This document shows, one piece after another, positions 1 through 13,667 of a DNA stretch of 64,000 nucleotides (position 1 is the stretch's first letter; each line of letters opens with the position of its first letter). A program made the position numbers and the translations under genes. This stretch comes from Monocercomonoides exilis PA203 (lineage: Eukaryota > Protista > Preaxostyla). The notes beneath the pieces were generated by a model, which worked only from the letters and a program-made list of their open reading frames with translations, had not been told where the DNA came from and made no database searches. The stretch spans positions 372,001-436,000 of the forward strand of contig LSRY02000053.1 of the NCBI GenBank assembly GCA_001643675.2, read 5' to 3'.

Positions 1-398
1 CTAATGCTTTTCTTATTGTTTGAAGGTTTTGCGCCATTATCTGCAAACGTACGTCAGACGAAGACAATTCATAGGAATTTTGCTTCTGTTCTCTTGGATA
101 ACTTTGTCCATTTCTTCCTGAACTCAACAGCTGAGACTTATGAGGCTTTTCATTTGTTGATTGTTTTGATTCAGAAAATTCATCCCTCATCTCCTTCTCC
201 ATCTCCTTCTTCACCTTCATCTCCATCATTTCGTTTTCTTTCTCTTCTCTGACCTCTTTCAGCAGCTCCACAGATGCCAGCGACTGCAGCAGCTGGCAGT
301 CTGTGCGAATCTGCTCTGCGCTCCACGCCGCATCAGCCACAGAGCCAATTGCGCTTGCGATGTGTTGCTTGTGCTGTGAATGCGCTGGGAATGAAAGA

Positions 399-433
<35 letters not shown>

Positions 434-2400
434 AGAAGAAGAAGAAGAAGGTGATGAGCCAATCATTTGATGCTGGGAGTTCCATGTTTGGAGATTGTGG
501 CGGACAAGAGAGAGGAGGGAGGATGTGGAAGACAGATGGAAATTAGACATGGGAGAGAGATTGAGCGAAGAAGAAGAAGAAGAAGAAGATGATGATGATG
601 ATGAGGCTGAAGAAGCTAAAGAAGAAGTAGAAGCTAAGGCAGAATTCGTTCTGTTTTGTTTAGGCTTGTCAATATCAACAAACAAAGACCCCATCGAATA
701 CAAAGGTGTGTGTATGCCATTCATCCGAAGAAGCGACCGCGAATATTTCGCTTTCAATCTGCAGTTCTCTTCAATCAGGTTGGAAATGATGCTTTCGAGC
801 AGCTGTTCTCTGAAGGAGACAGAGGACAGAACTCTCAGCTGGTTTGCAGGCGGCTGAGGAGAAGAGCGGGCAGAGGGAAGATATTTGGGGGGTAGATAAG
901 AATAAGAATAAGGAGAAGGGGAAGAAGAAGATGATGTTGATGATAATGAGGAGGACGAATAAGAAGGCTCGTGATGAGGGAAAGAAGAGAGGACGTATTC
1001 GTTGTTTGCACTTGTGTTAGCTGTTTGGGTGAGTTGAGAGAGAGGAAGAGGGGCAATTTTAGGTCGATTGTGTGGTTGTTGATAAGAGGCACCCTTTTGA
1101 GAGTGAATGGAAGGCGTGAGGGAAGGCGAAGGAGCAGAAAGAGAAGAAGCAGTGGATGATGCATCAGAAGCAGGATGTGTGGATGATGTTGAAGTGGATG
1201 AAGTGGAAGAGATTGAGGAGGAGGAGGAAGAAGAGGAAGAAGAATTTGAAGAAGAAGAAGAAGAAGAGGAAGATGGAACAGAAGTTGACCAACGTGACGA
1301 TGCTGGTGACGATGTGACTGTTTGTGGAGAGATGGAACGAAGAGGCGAATCATAAGCCGCACTGATTTGTGCAGAAGTTGGTGTTTTTGGAGTTGATTCG
1401 TCAGATTCGGGTGAATTATGTGCAGATTGCGCTTCCAAAGGAAGAGATTCGAGAGAGTCTTGTTTTGAGCTGTCAAATGAATCGTCATATGCTTCTTTTA
1501 TTCCACTTCTGTCTTTGTTTTCGTATCTGGTTGGAACAGAAAATGAATGAGAAGAAGAAGAAGAAGAAGAAGAAGAAGCAGAAGAAGAAGCATCAGAAGG
1601 ATTAAATTGATTCATTTTATTGAATTCATCTGAATTATTATCATTATCTTCCCTTTCCCTTTCTCTTTCTCTTTCTTCTTCTTCTTCTTCTTCTTCTTCA
1701 CTCCTTCTTTTCTTCTCCAATTGGCTCAAAAGTTCATTCATTTTCCTTTCCTGCTTCGAATGCTCCAGTGAAAGTGTGTTGAACGATGCAATTGTATCTC
1801 TCAATTGACTGAGCATATTCTGAATGACAGCTTCTTTTGAGGCATTGTTAGCAAGTTGCGTGTTGATATAGTCAATGAAGGGGGTTAGGAAACAGAAGTT
1901 GGAGGAGTTATAAGTGCTGGAAAGAGAGAGAGAGATGATACTTGAGGAAAGAGGAGGAGGAGGAGGAGGAGGAGATGATGATGATGATGAAAGCAAAGAA
2001 AACTGAGATGGAATTTTATTGAAATACGATTGAAGAATGTTTGTAGAATATGAAGAATAAGAGAAAATTCTTTTTGAGACAGTGTCAATTGAAAACGGAG
2101 CGAAAAGATGTTCTTCAAAATATGCACAGCTTTCACGAATGAAATTATTGCTTGTTTGAATCTCTTTGCAATCACCTTTCTTCTTTTCTTCGTTCATGTC
2201 TGTAATCATGTGATCGTTTTCTTCATTTTCTTCATCTTCTCCTTTTATTTCCTTTTTCTCTTTCGACTCGTTTTTGATGTGAAGCTGTGTGATCAGTGTT
2301 TCACAGACAGAAACTGCACTCAAAGAGAAGAGAAGCCAAATAAGAAGAGGAACATCAGAAACATTTATTTGATCCAATGAAGAAGAAGAAGAAGAAGAAG

Positions 2401-2431
<31 letters not shown>

Positions 2432-3396
2432 TAATGAAGTCGATGAAATATCACTGAACAACGAATCAGTTGATGATAAAAGAGATAAGAAAGATGGCTG
2501 CTGAACAGGAGGAAGAGAAGCAAGAAATGAAGAACCAGATGAAAACTGTTCCATCTTTTGGTTGTTTTTGAAATTGATTAAGATTCTCCAAAGAGAACTG
2601 AACAAAAAAGGAAGAGAAAAAGAATAAAAAGTTGTTTCATTCGATTTATTGGTTTGATCTTCATTGGGAACAATTTGCATTAGTTTGAGATGCTCTTCAA
2701 GTTTGTTGATGAATAAATCCTGTTCTTTTGTGCTATTTTCAGTCATTTCTTCTGTTTGCCTTTCTTTTTTGTCAAAGTTTGATTCGGAAGAAGAAGAAGA
2801 AGAAGAATTATTTGAAAAGTGTGAAGATAAATCATAAGTTCTTTTGCTTTCTTTCGTGATCGTTTTGATAAAGTCACTCCATTTTGTTCTGTTTGTTTCA
2901 GTTTTCTCATTCAAAACATCTCCTTCTTCTCCAAATAGAAGCTCAATCAGCTCTTTTTCTTCCTTTTCACGTTCATTTGTTGTTGTATTTCTTCTTTTTT
3001 CTTTTTCGTCTTCATCATCATCATCTTCTTCTTCAATTTTTCTTCCCTTTTTATCCAAAATTTTCATTTTTTGAGTCAAAAAACAGAAAGAATTCTCAAA
3101 TCTTTCTGTGAACATTGCAGACCCCGCAATAAATGAATGATTCACACAGAAATTGACAAGACGATTCAATGAAAACGAAAGCGTTTGATTAACAGCATCC
3201 AAAAGAACAGAAAGATTTCGTATTGCTCCTTCGTTTGTGGTTATTTTGAGTTTTTGAGAAGATGAATAGAGAAATGACAGAGAAAGATATAAATCTTCCA
3301 GTTTCTGTTGAAGATAAACACAAAAATTCACAAGCATCAATAGAAATGGGTCTGTTTTTGATAGCAGAAGATGAGGGGAATGAATAGAAGAAGAAG

Positions 3397-3427
<31 letters not shown>

Positions 3428-6400
3428 TGATGTTACAGAAGAACCAGATGATAAAGCAGAAAATTTGGATGAAAGAAAAGAAAGTGAATAAAGCGAAAGA
3501 ATAGCACATAGAAAAGATCTGAGTGATAAAGAGGATCCATTCAATGAAACAAACAGCGAATAAAAGCTGAAGAAAGCAGCAAGATGAGAAGAAGAAGAAG
3601 TTATTTTCTCTTCTTTCACAACAGGAACAATATCTTTGACTATTTCTTGTTCTTGTTCTTGTTCTTGTTCAAGTTTTGGCTCTAATTTTCGTTCAAATTC
3701 TATTTCTTCTTCTCTTTCTCTTTCTCTTTCTCCTCCTTCTTCTTCTCTTTCTTTGTTAATTTTCACAGAAGTCTTTTCATTTATTCCATTGCTTGTTTCA
3801 TTGAATGTCTCATTTTCTGTGTGATATTCGTTCATTCGCTGTCTCTTGCGGAGGATGAGTGTGATGATGACATCGATGCTATCTGCTGCTTTGTCTAATT
3901 GATGGATGAGTGAAGAAGGGGAAAGAGAAGAAGGAGAAGGAGAAGAAGAAAGAGGAGGAGAAGAAGAAGAAAGAGAAGAAGATGTTAATGAAGAAAGTGA
4001 AGAAGAAGAAGAAGATGATGCAGAAGGTGATGAAATGTGTGAGTGAATGGAAATGTTGTCTAAAAAGAAGCGAGCCAACGAAAGATGAAGAGAAGATGAA
4101 TGTGGCTGAAGTGAATTGAGAAGAGAAAGAGAAGCAGGAGTGGAAGAAGAAGAAGAAGAAGAAGAAAGTGATGAAGAAGTTGACAAAAATGAAGAAGAAG
4201 AAGAAGAAAAATGACGAAGAGGAGAAGAAGGTGAAGAAGAAGGCGAAAAAGAAGAAGGCGAAGAAGAAGAATTTGTATGCGATAACAAAAACGAAAGATC
4301 TTTAACATCTTCACCTGAAAATAGAACCGAAAATGTATTCACAATTTCATAGAGAGAAGAGATGAATGAAGGAGTGAATGCTTCAGAGAGAAGGGCGAAC
4401 GACAAAGCCATTTTGTTCAGAGAAAGAAGATGGGATTTTTGAGAAATTGTTGGAAATCTGTCAATGATGAGGGAGTTGGATGAGAATTTGTTGAGTTCTG
4501 TGGAAGAAGAAGAAGAAGAAGAAGAAAGAGAAGCAGAGAAAGAAGAAGGAGAAGGAGAAGGAGAAGGAGAAGGAGAAGAAGAAACAGAAGAAGACTTATT
4601 AATTTCTTTTGATTGAGGTTCAATAACACTGAATTGAGTGAGTATCAATAACAAAACTTCTGCTTTACTTTGCAATTTTGATGTGACAGAAGATAATGAA
4701 GATATGAACAAGTATTCAGATAGAGAAGAAGAGGAAAGAGATAGAGGAAGATGAAAAGACGGAGAAGAAGAAGAAGAAGGAGGAGGAGGAGAAGAAGAAG
4801 AGGGAAATGAAGAAGAATAAAAAGAAGAAGAAGAGGAAGAAGAAACAGAAGAGGAAGAAGAAGATGATGATGATGAAACAGAAGAAGAAGAAGAATTCAA
4901 TGAAATGTTATTTGTTGAGAAATCAATAAGATGTCTGCACAAATTGCACAGCTGGCAAACAGAGCGAAGAAGAAAAGCGCCTCTCAAATAAAAAGAGAGA
5001 GTGGAGGAAAGAGAAAATGAGTGCGAAAGAGAAAGAGGGCGAGGGAATGAGGAGGACTTGGGGGAAGAAGAAGAAGAGGAGGAGGAGGAGGAAGAAGAAG
5101 AAGTGGAAGAGGAAGAGGAAGAAGAAAATGAAGAAGGTGATGATTTCTGCAACAAGAATGAATTTTGTTCCTGTAACTGCCTATTATCAATTGAAGCATC
5201 ATTATTAGGAGAAGAAGAAGAAGGTGTCACAAACAGATTATCTATTGAACAATCAACAGAATCCACAATAGAAAATTCATCTTCTGCATTGTTAGGATCA
5301 AAAGAGCAAAACAGCTCTTTCTTCAAAAGTGAGGCTAATGTTGATGTTTCAGTTAAATTATTAGAAATATCTGTGTCTTTGTTCAATTCAGATGTTCTGC
5401 TGATATTTGATATATCAGAAGATGGATGAGAAGAAAAAGAAGAAAAAGAAGGTGACGATGAAGATGATGAAGAAGATGTTACAGATGTACTCATTTTGTC
5501 TATATTTTCACTAATTCTTCTTGTTCTTTCATATCTTTCTCTTCTTTCGCTTCTCCTGCTGAACTGGGACTGCATTGTTTTGTATAATTTCACAGCAAAT
5601 GCAGATATTTCTGTCTCTTCGGCAACACATTTCTCAATCTCTCTTTTGAGCTGCTCTTCTTCTAATTGAAGAAGCAGTTGCTTCGCTTTGTGCTCAAGCT
5701 CAATGATTTCTTCAGGGCATCTTTCATTATCACTATCATTATCATCATCTTCCTCTTCCTCTTCCTCTTTTTCTTTCTCTTCTTCCATTTCTTCTTTTCC
5801 TTTCTCCTCTTCTTGTTGCATTTCATTCTGTTTTTGAACATTTCTTTCCTTCTTCATCTTCCTCCTCTTTTCTCTCTTTCTCTCCTTTTCCTCCTTTTCC
5901 TCTTTCTCCTTCTCCATCTCTCGAATAACCTGCTCCAACTGTCTATTTTTCCGCACTGCTATTTCCTTCTCCTTTTTAATCAAAACCAAATTTTCATTCA
6001 TTTTCTTCTTAAAAACCTCAGCTTCCTCCAATTTCTTGCTCCATTCTGCTTCTTTTGCCTTAAATTCTGCGAAATCGATTTCTCTCATTTCTTCTTTTGC
6101 CCTCAGAACTTCTTCCATTTCTTCCAATTTGATGTTTCTTTCTTCAGCCAGCTGACACAGCTGCTCCAATTTTTCAGTCTGTTTTTCAAATTCAATGTTA
6201 TTTTGAGGCTCTGATGTGATTTCTGCATTTGACGTGTCATTTCTATCATAATTGAGCTCTTTATTTCTTTTTTCCTCTTCTTCTAACAGAGAATTTTGTA
6301 TCAATTCTTGGTTTTGCTCTTCAAGCTCCTTCACTTTCCTTTGAAGTGAAAGAATTTGATTTGTCATTTCCTTTTCAACAGCATCGCGCCGAGCTGTTTC

Positions 6401-7129
6401 TTTGGCCTCTTCTTCGTCTCTCTTTTTCTTCGCTTCTCTTTCCCGTTTTTCAGCATTTTCCTTCTCAATTCTTTGTCTCACTTCTTTCTCTTTTCTTTCT
6501 TTTTCAAGCCTTGCACACTTTTGGCGTTCTTCCTCCAATTGATGCATAATTAATTCCTTGGAAGCGGCATTTTCTCGCATTACTTCTTCTGTATGTTGAA
6601 TGTGTTGCTCATCCATTTCACTAATGTGGTTTATAAGAATTTTTATTTGAGTGTTTGCATGATTAACTGTTTCAATTAATGCTGAGCGCATCTGAAAAAT
6701 TAACATGAGTGATTTTGTTTGCACTATGCAGTGCTCCTCACCATCTTCTTCCGATTCATCTATGTTTTCATGAGAATTAGCTTCATCCATTACAGATTTT
6801 AACTCATCTTCGGCTTTTATAAAATTATCTTCTTCAGCTTTCTGAGCGGATGATTCTTCATTAAATTCACTTATCTGATCTAATTTATAAGTTTCATGTG
6901 AACTGATGCTGTTTTCTTTTTCTTTAGTGTTTTTTAAAATGTTTCTTTCCGAATTATTATCATTTGCAGGCTTTCTTAGCGGCTGTACAAGAGTTGCGTA
7001 TATAGGAAATTCAATATCCTGTGAAATTTTATTTTCAATTTCTTCTCTTCGCGAAATCTCTTCTTGTAATAATTTTTGAAGAAAGAGCAGATTTGTTCTT
7101 AAATCATCCACACTTTCGATTTCGCTCAT
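1..7129 (-). CDS. Large coiled-coil/low-complexity hypothetical protein, 3' end beyond the window (>2370 aa)
   Basis: ATG at 7129 (MSEIESVDDLRTNLLFLQKLLQEE). The frame was read by hand at both ends and is open, through an E/K coiled coil and on to position 2 (...QIMAQNLQTIRKAL). It is absent from the ORF track, consistent with no stop inside the window. The middle was not fully translated. Confidence 0.75.
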
Positions 7130-7407
7130 TACAAAAGAAACAAATTTTCAACTTGTGCACAACTTTTATTAAATTGAAATAAATTGTTTTGTCACATATG
7201 CAAATTCTTTTTAAAAATTACAAAAATCACACTTTTTCAATTTTTCTTATCAAAAGAAAAAAATGTTGGTCAATTTCCTTCAAGTCTTCAACAATATTAA
7301 AATGTGTCAAATAGTTAATATTTTTCTTTTGTTACGCAGTTGTGTGATTCATTCAAGAATTCAAAAAAGCGATTGTGGGTAGAATTAATTATTTGAGCAC
7401 ATTTTTT
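7130..7407. promoter_or_regulatory. Probable bidirectional promoter (278 bp between divergent ATGs)
   Basis: Head-to-head start codons at 7129(-) and 7408(+) with an AT-rich spacer. No specific motif identified. Confidence 0.45.
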
Positions 7408-9618
7408 ATGGATGAGGAAGAACTGTTCTTAGGTAACAAACTTTTTTGTTAATTTTATTTCATTCAATTATTGTTGTGATATTAACTTTCTTAATCACAT
7501 GCTTTGCATTATATGTTTTACACATCATTATAATGAACAGAAAAGCAATTTATCCTCCGAGCTCCACCGAGAGTTGCCGAGAACATTCGTCGAAAAATAA
7601 GATCTGCAAAACCAGGAAAGACTGGACCCCCATTTAGCATCAAGTTCTTAGAGAGTTTGAGACTTGTAATTTATGCTTTTTATTCATTTCCCCACAGATG
7701 ATCATCAGCATGCAGAAGTTGTTATTGATGAAGAAACCTTTCCTGCTACGCTTGTCAATCTTCCTTGTATTATAGAAAGTCAGAAAACTTTTGATCAAAA
7801 AACTTTCTATAAAACTGCCGACATATCTCAAGTTTGAGAACTTAAAACGAACTTTTTATAAAAAATAATAATTTGTTATATTACAGATGTTGATTATTCA
7901 TGAAGTTGGAGAAGAACCTCTGCATATTTTTGATAGGAATTCTGGAATTACTCCTCCAACAAGAAAGATACGAACAAAACGATGGAGAAAACCCTTAGTC
8001 TGCAATGTTGACTTTTCACAGTTGTTTTTTTTTAAAAAAATTTCCTGTAATTTTAGAGCAGAATTACTGAGGAAACGAAAAAAACTCAGTCATCAAATAG
8101 GACTGTTTCAATAGAGTTAGTGGAAGACTCGCCTGAACTAAAGAACGGACGATTTATACAAAGAAAAGGGCAAAAAGATTTGATTCCTCTGGAGTCACTA
8201 ACTCCACAGGAATTAGATCGTTTAGGCATTCCATCATTTAGCCAACGAGGGTTTCCACAGCCGCCGCCTCCGAAAAAGGAAGATGGCTCGTCAGGCTCGA
8301 AAGATGAGAAAGGGACTCCGAATATGGGGAACATGCAGCAGCCAGCGTCCATCGCATCCACCTCGTTTGTCTCTCCTTCTTCTTTGGGGGTGTCCAGCGG
8401 GCTCAGCCAGATGATGGGCAGGTTCCCATCGTCCCTCACGATGAACTCGATGACCACAAACTACTTCGGCCATTCTCTGCTAATCCCGCAGCGCCACCCG
8501 TCTCAGCAGCCCTTTGCCTCTGGTGGGTTCAGCGCATCGCAATGGCTCCCCAGAAACATCGCGGCCTCGATAACGGGGTCTGTTCCTGGGGCAGCACCTC
8601 CTCCTCCTGCTGCTGCAACGACTCCGTCTTCAGCTATGACTCCAGGCATCCCTCAAACACCCGTGCATTTTCCTTCGACTTCTCCACAGCCAACTTCTTC
8701 CCTTGCAGCTGCTGCTAATTCCCCCTCGCCTGCCATTTCTGCTTCACTTTCGTCTTCGGCTGCCCCAAACGGCGGAGTGAAGTTTCTTCCTGTTTTTTCT
8801 TCTGCCACGCCGCAGCTGGCCACTTCAATGTCAGCTCCTTCCATCAAATCTCCTGCCTCTCTTCCTTCTTCGTCTTCCATTGGAATGCTTTCTTCTTCCC
8901 CTCCCTCAGCTGGCGCTATCACACCCCACCAGATGCGTCTGGCGCAGCTGGCGCAGTACAACCAGATGGGCGCGGTGGGGCTGCCGCTGGGGATGGGGAT
9001 GCAGAGCGGGAGGGGGATTGGGGGTATGAATGGGGCAGGGCATGTTGGAATTGGGGGGATGGGGGGATGGGAGGAGTGAGTGGGGTGAGTGGAGTGGGAG
9101 GAGTAGGAAGTATGGGAACTATGGGAACAATGGGAACTATGGGAACTATGGCAGGTATGAGCAGTGGAGGGATGATGAACAGAGGAGGGATGGTGTCTTC
9201 GATGCATCCGATGCAGAATCGCTCGCCGCCAGCAATGGCGCCGTCGCTGCTTCCGCTATCCACCCCCAGCTTCAACCCGATGGGTGGAATGCCAAATGCA
9301 GTGCCTTCATTTCAGCAGTCACTTCCTTCCCCTATTTCTCGCCCGTCGCTCAGTTTCGCAGCGCCTTCACCTGTTCTTCCAGCGACACTCACTTCATCAG
9401 CATCATCAGCATCTTCTTCTTCTTCTTCTTCCTCCTCTTCTACTTCTTCAATATCATCTGCCACTCCTTCCCCATCATTCTCTTCTGTAATGCCTCCTTC
9501 GTCTTCTCCGTCTGCAGCGTCTGTTGTTCCTCACCCTGCTCAGCCGCAGCCTTCTCCTTCTCCTGTCCCATCTCCAAGAAACGTCTTCCCCTCTCCATTT
9601 GTAATGAACACAAAGTAG
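7408..9618 (+). CDS. TAF7: TFIID subunit 7 (TAFII55 N-terminal domain) with Ser/Pro/Gly/Met-rich tail; 4 introns; apparent 1-nt frameshift at ~9061-9066
   Basis: Spliced translation gives EKQFILR...FPATLVNLPCIIESQKTFDQKTFYKTADISQML...SGITPPTRKIRTKRWRK, the TAF7 signature. GT-AG introns at about 7433-7540, 7654-7698, 7832-7886 and 7998-8056 keep the frame. Confidence 0.88.
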
Positions 9619-10050
9619 TCATTGCCATTTGAAGCTATACAACTTTGATTTCTGATCACTTCATTTAAGATTCCACTTCTATATAACAAAATTTCTTGCA
9701 TTTTATTAATTTATTTATTTATTAATTTATTTTGTTTGACTTATTTTCTTTTTCGAAATATTATTTAACATTTATTATCATTCCACAAAAGATCAAAAAT
9801 TGAAAATATTATGTTGCAAAAGCAGAAAGCCAAAGGAAGTTAATAACGAACTATCATATTAATCATTGGAAACAAAATAGCAAACATTTCATGGAAATAT
9901 ATTTGAAAGTTCCAAAGGTTTTTATTTTGGATAACAACCTCAAAGATTGCATAATTTGTTTTTTTCTCCATTTGAATTTCATTTTATTATGGGCGTTTAA
10001 ACTTTTTTTTCCATCATAATTTTGGAAACAACGATTTAATTATTGCAGTT

Positions 10051-12504
10051 ATGAGTTTTCTGCCAATGAGCTCAAAAGAACACCAAAAAGGTGCATTACT
10101 ACCACCTGGAATTGCCGATAATGCTATTTCATGCACTCAAAGAACATTTTCGTTGTTAGCTCCAAATGATCAAAAAAGGATAAGAGAAACTGCCGATTTG
10201 ATAAAGGAGGAAATTGGACAAGGATTGATTTCTGACAAGTTAATACAAGAACTCAGCTGCTATGAAGAATTTATCAACAACAATTTGAAAATTGATGAAA
10301 AAACATCAGTTAATAATCAGTCAATTAAAGATTTGAAAGATTGCTTCAATGAGATTTATAAAATCAAGATATTATTTGACTATCCAGAGGATATAAACAA
10401 GCTCCAAAGGATTTTTTTGGAACGCAAAAGACCAAAAGATTCATCAGGCAGAGTTGAAGATATTGAGACAAATTCTTCTTTTTGGGAAACCGCAGAAGAT
10501 TATATTCCTTTCGTTGAACTAGGAAGCGGAGTTCCAGAGTTTTATGCTGGACTTAATGATTCACTGGAACCTATGATGCAGTTGTTACAAAAAATGCTTG
10601 ATAAAAACATTCGTTGCTTGGAAACTGAAGAATACATAAGAAAGGCTTTTGTTAGCAAAATACGACTGAGGTCTTCAGGGAGCGGTTGTGATTATTCAAC
10701 AGCTTTTGACGCTGACTTGGCATTTGAATATGAAGATTTCTTACCCAACTTTCGTTCATGGAAATTTTTTATTCCTTTTTATCAAATTAAGCAACTACAT
10801 GATTTTCGTAAAGAGAACAAAAAATTCGGAGAGTTGTTCGAAAAATACAAAGAAGTTATTGTTCAATCAGAATTGTTAGCTTGTACAATTTCAATTTTAA
10901 GTAAAGCCTTGAAAGATTATGGAGGCGAATGTGGATATGGAAAGCCAATGTGCTTTTTCAAATTCCATAAGAAATATAACTTATTAGTCGTAAGAAAAAT
11001 TGATAGTGATGAGTTACTTTTTCAGTTCGAAGAAGCTATCCATGAAATTTATCGCGAATACACTTCTATTGAAAGTAGGCTCAAGATGCTTCGAGCCTTT
11101 TTGAAATTCACAGAAATTGACCAGAATCCAAGGAGCGATAATTCTTTAACATGTTGGTTTTGCTTCTTGATAAACAGGATCAGCCAAATTTTAGAAGGAT
11201 ATGAAAACTACAGACAAGGAAAAACTTTGGAGGAGCTGAAAGCTATGTCCAATCTACGAAAAGATATCAATAGATTTGTCATTGAATACAAAATCAAATA
11301 TGTTTCGCATACAGAGCCAATACTTGGGGTCGAAATTCTCCGATGCAAAGTTGTTGTTGATAATCCATTTCGCAAAATGGTTTTTCTGGAAAAGATGGAT
11401 GCATTGCATTTTAGGCAACGTATCGATCATGCACTTGATGGAAAAGCGCAAAACATATCTCGAACATATCCAGATGAGAATTTTTCAAGTCAGGAGATCA
11501 GGGAAATCGCTGAAAAATTGAATCCGGACTCATACAAAGATATGGTCGAAAAATTACAGAAAGAGCAAAATAAAATGGAAGCAGATGCTAAAAAAATGGA
11601 AGCTTTTGCCGAAGAGTATTTCTCGAAATCAACTTTAAGTCAAATTAACTTAATTGGATCTGTTGCAAAATTTGGTGCTGAATGCGTGGGATGGGGAATA
11701 CACGAAGCAAAGGAATTTTTGGCTCTGAAGGCCGATTTACAGAGGATTTTGGCAGGTTGTTCAGGTGTTCCATCAGCCGATGGATTGACGAATATTTTGC
11801 TGACAAAAATTGGAGGTTTAATCTTTCAATTTATTAAAAGCAAGATACAAAATTGGATTGGAACAGAAAAGCAAAATAAAGACAAAAAAAAAGGAAGTGT
11901 TGCAAAGAACGAAGAAACGAATGAAAAAGGAGGAGGAAAAAAAGAAACAAGCAAAAAGGAAGAAGCTGACAAAAAAGTAGACATCACGAAGAAAGAAGAA
12001 GCTGACAAAAAAGAACACATCGTAAAGAAAGAAGAGACTGATAAAAAGGGAGAAGTCGATGAAAAGGAAGAGAACGATAAAAAAGGGCAAGCCAATCAAA
12101 AAGAAAAAACCAATGAAAAGGAAGAAGCCGATAAAAAAGAAATCATTTCTCAATCAGACGCTAGCAATATTAAGAAAGAATTCCCCGAATTGAACTTGTC
12201 ACCCCAATACATTGAGGAATTTGCGAAAGGATGTGAATACATGATTAATGCAGACGAAATTCGCAAGAATATCATCATGGTTTCCAATCAAAAAGAATAT
12301 TGGAAGAGAGTTCAATGTTATGAACAAGATTTCATAAATTTGCTGAAGCTGAACATTCAGTTGAAGAGGGCTAAATTGGATGAAATGGACTTCCAGGGAA
12401 TTTTAGTCGATGAGAAAAAGGCTGTTCGCAGAAATGACAAAAGCGGAGCAAATCTTGCCAGATTTAATGAGTATTCTGTGGAAAAGTTGAATTGCATCGA
12501 ATAA
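10051..12504 (+). CDS. Intronless 817-aa hypothetical helical protein with C-terminal KKEEADKK-type 12-aa repeats
   Basis: Long high-complexity ORF from ATG to TAA. No recognised domain. Confidence 0.75.
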   Translation: MSFLPMSSKEHQKGALLPPGIADNAISCTQRTFSLLAPNDQKRIRETADLIKEEIGQGLISDKLIQELSCYEEFINNNLKIDEKTSVNNQSIKDLKDCFNEIYKIKILFDYPEDINKLQRIFLERKRPKDSSGRVEDIETNSSFWETAEDYIPFVELGSGVPEFYAGLNDSLEPMMQLLQKMLDKNIRCLETEEYIRKAFVSKIRLRSSGSGCDYSTAFDADLAFEYEDFLPNFRSWKFFIPFYQIKQLHDFRKENKKFGELFEKYKEVIVQSELLACTISILSKALKDYGGECGYGKPMCFFKFHKKYNLLVVRKIDSDELLFQFEEAIHEIYREYTSIESRLKMLRAFLKFTEIDQNPRSDNSLTCWFCFLINRISQILEGYENYRQGKTLEELKAMSNLRKDINRFVIEYKIKYVSHTEPILGVEILRCKVVVDNPFRKMVFLEKMDALHFRQRIDHALDGKAQNISRTYPDENFSSQEIREIAEKLNPDSYKDMVEKLQKEQNKMEADAKKMEAFAEEYFSKSTLSQINLIGSVAKFGAECVGWGIHEAKEFLALKADLQRILAGCSGVPSADGLTNILLTKIGGLIFQFIKSKIQNWIGTEKQNKDKKKGSVAKNEETNEKGGGKKETSKKEEADKKVDITKKEEADKKEHIVKKEETDKKGEVDEKEENDKKGQANQKEKTNEKEEADKKEIISQSDASNIKKEFPELNLSPQYIEEFAKGCEYMINADEIRKNIIMVSNQKEYWKRVQCYEQDFINLLKLNIQLKRAKLDEMDFQGILVDEKKAVRRNDKSGANLARFNEYSVEKLNCIE

Positions 12505-13667
12505 GTGGGATTTTTAAAGGAACTTTCCCAAAGCAAAGAATCTTTTATTTTTTCTTTCCCCTTCAATATATTTTTGATTTGGTGATTTCAAAGTTTATGA
12601 TGTATTTTAAGTGTTTTTTTGATTTACACCATTTTTTTAAAAAAAATTTTTTTTAGGATTCTATTTGTCAGAAATTATTATTTATATTGTGCTCATTGTT
12701 GTTTAACTGCTTCATTGCAGACTTTCATTTTCAGAAATGCAGATTTTAGCTTTTTTCTTGAAAACTTCTCGTTGGAAAATTGAAGTTGTTAATTATTGTT
12801 TGCATCTCATTTCAAATTTAAAGCTTTTTTTGTTTTGGTTGTGGCTTTGTTTCAAGTTCATGAATTTGCGAATGAAATCAAAGAATTAAAGTTTTTTTTT
12901 TGCATGATGATATTTTTTATAACTATTGCATTTTTTGATAAAAATGAGATATATACTTCACTCATATTGTTTTAAACAGCATGGATTTTTTTTTGTCATT
13001 GGGATAAAGTCGATATTATTCATAACAACTCACATTCATCTCTGTGGATTCATTTCATACAAATATACATCATATTTCTCCTTTTTGAATTGCAGCTGCA
13101 ACGACAATATGATTTATCTGTTCTCTGCACAACTATCAAAGTCCACAAAAATATTTTCTGAATCAATTCATCCACAAAACAAAATGTGTTTTCATAACAC
13201 AAATCCAAAAATGCTTTATATATGAATGTGCTTGTATGTTTTGTGTGAGTCTTTCATTGATAAACATGAGTTGTGTATTTTGAATGATATTTATATGGGA
13301 AATACATGAATATTTTTTTAAAACATTTAAACTCCATTTCAACCTTTTGGGAAATGTTTGGACTTCATCATAAAAAAAACAGTTTCCTTCTTGATTCAAT
13401 CTCAACAAGTTGAAAGTTCAGCATTTTTCCATTATATCTCTCAATTCTCGTATCTCCTTTGATTTTCAACAATATCTGACAAGAATTAGAATGGAAAAAA
13501 TATTTTCTGAAGGTTGTTTATATTTTTTCTTTTCATATTTTTTTCTTTAATAATTTTATTGATTTAAAACAAAACGAAAACACTTTATTGCTCATTTTTT
13601 CCTGTGGAATTAACAGTTTTAATACGGAAATGGAAAGGAAACAAAAGTTGAAATCTTCGCTGATCAA

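Noticed and set aside
6692-6741. Apparent GT-AG intron in the left-hand gene
   Set aside because: Removing these 50 nt shifts the frame into a stop, whereas the unspliced frame stays open.
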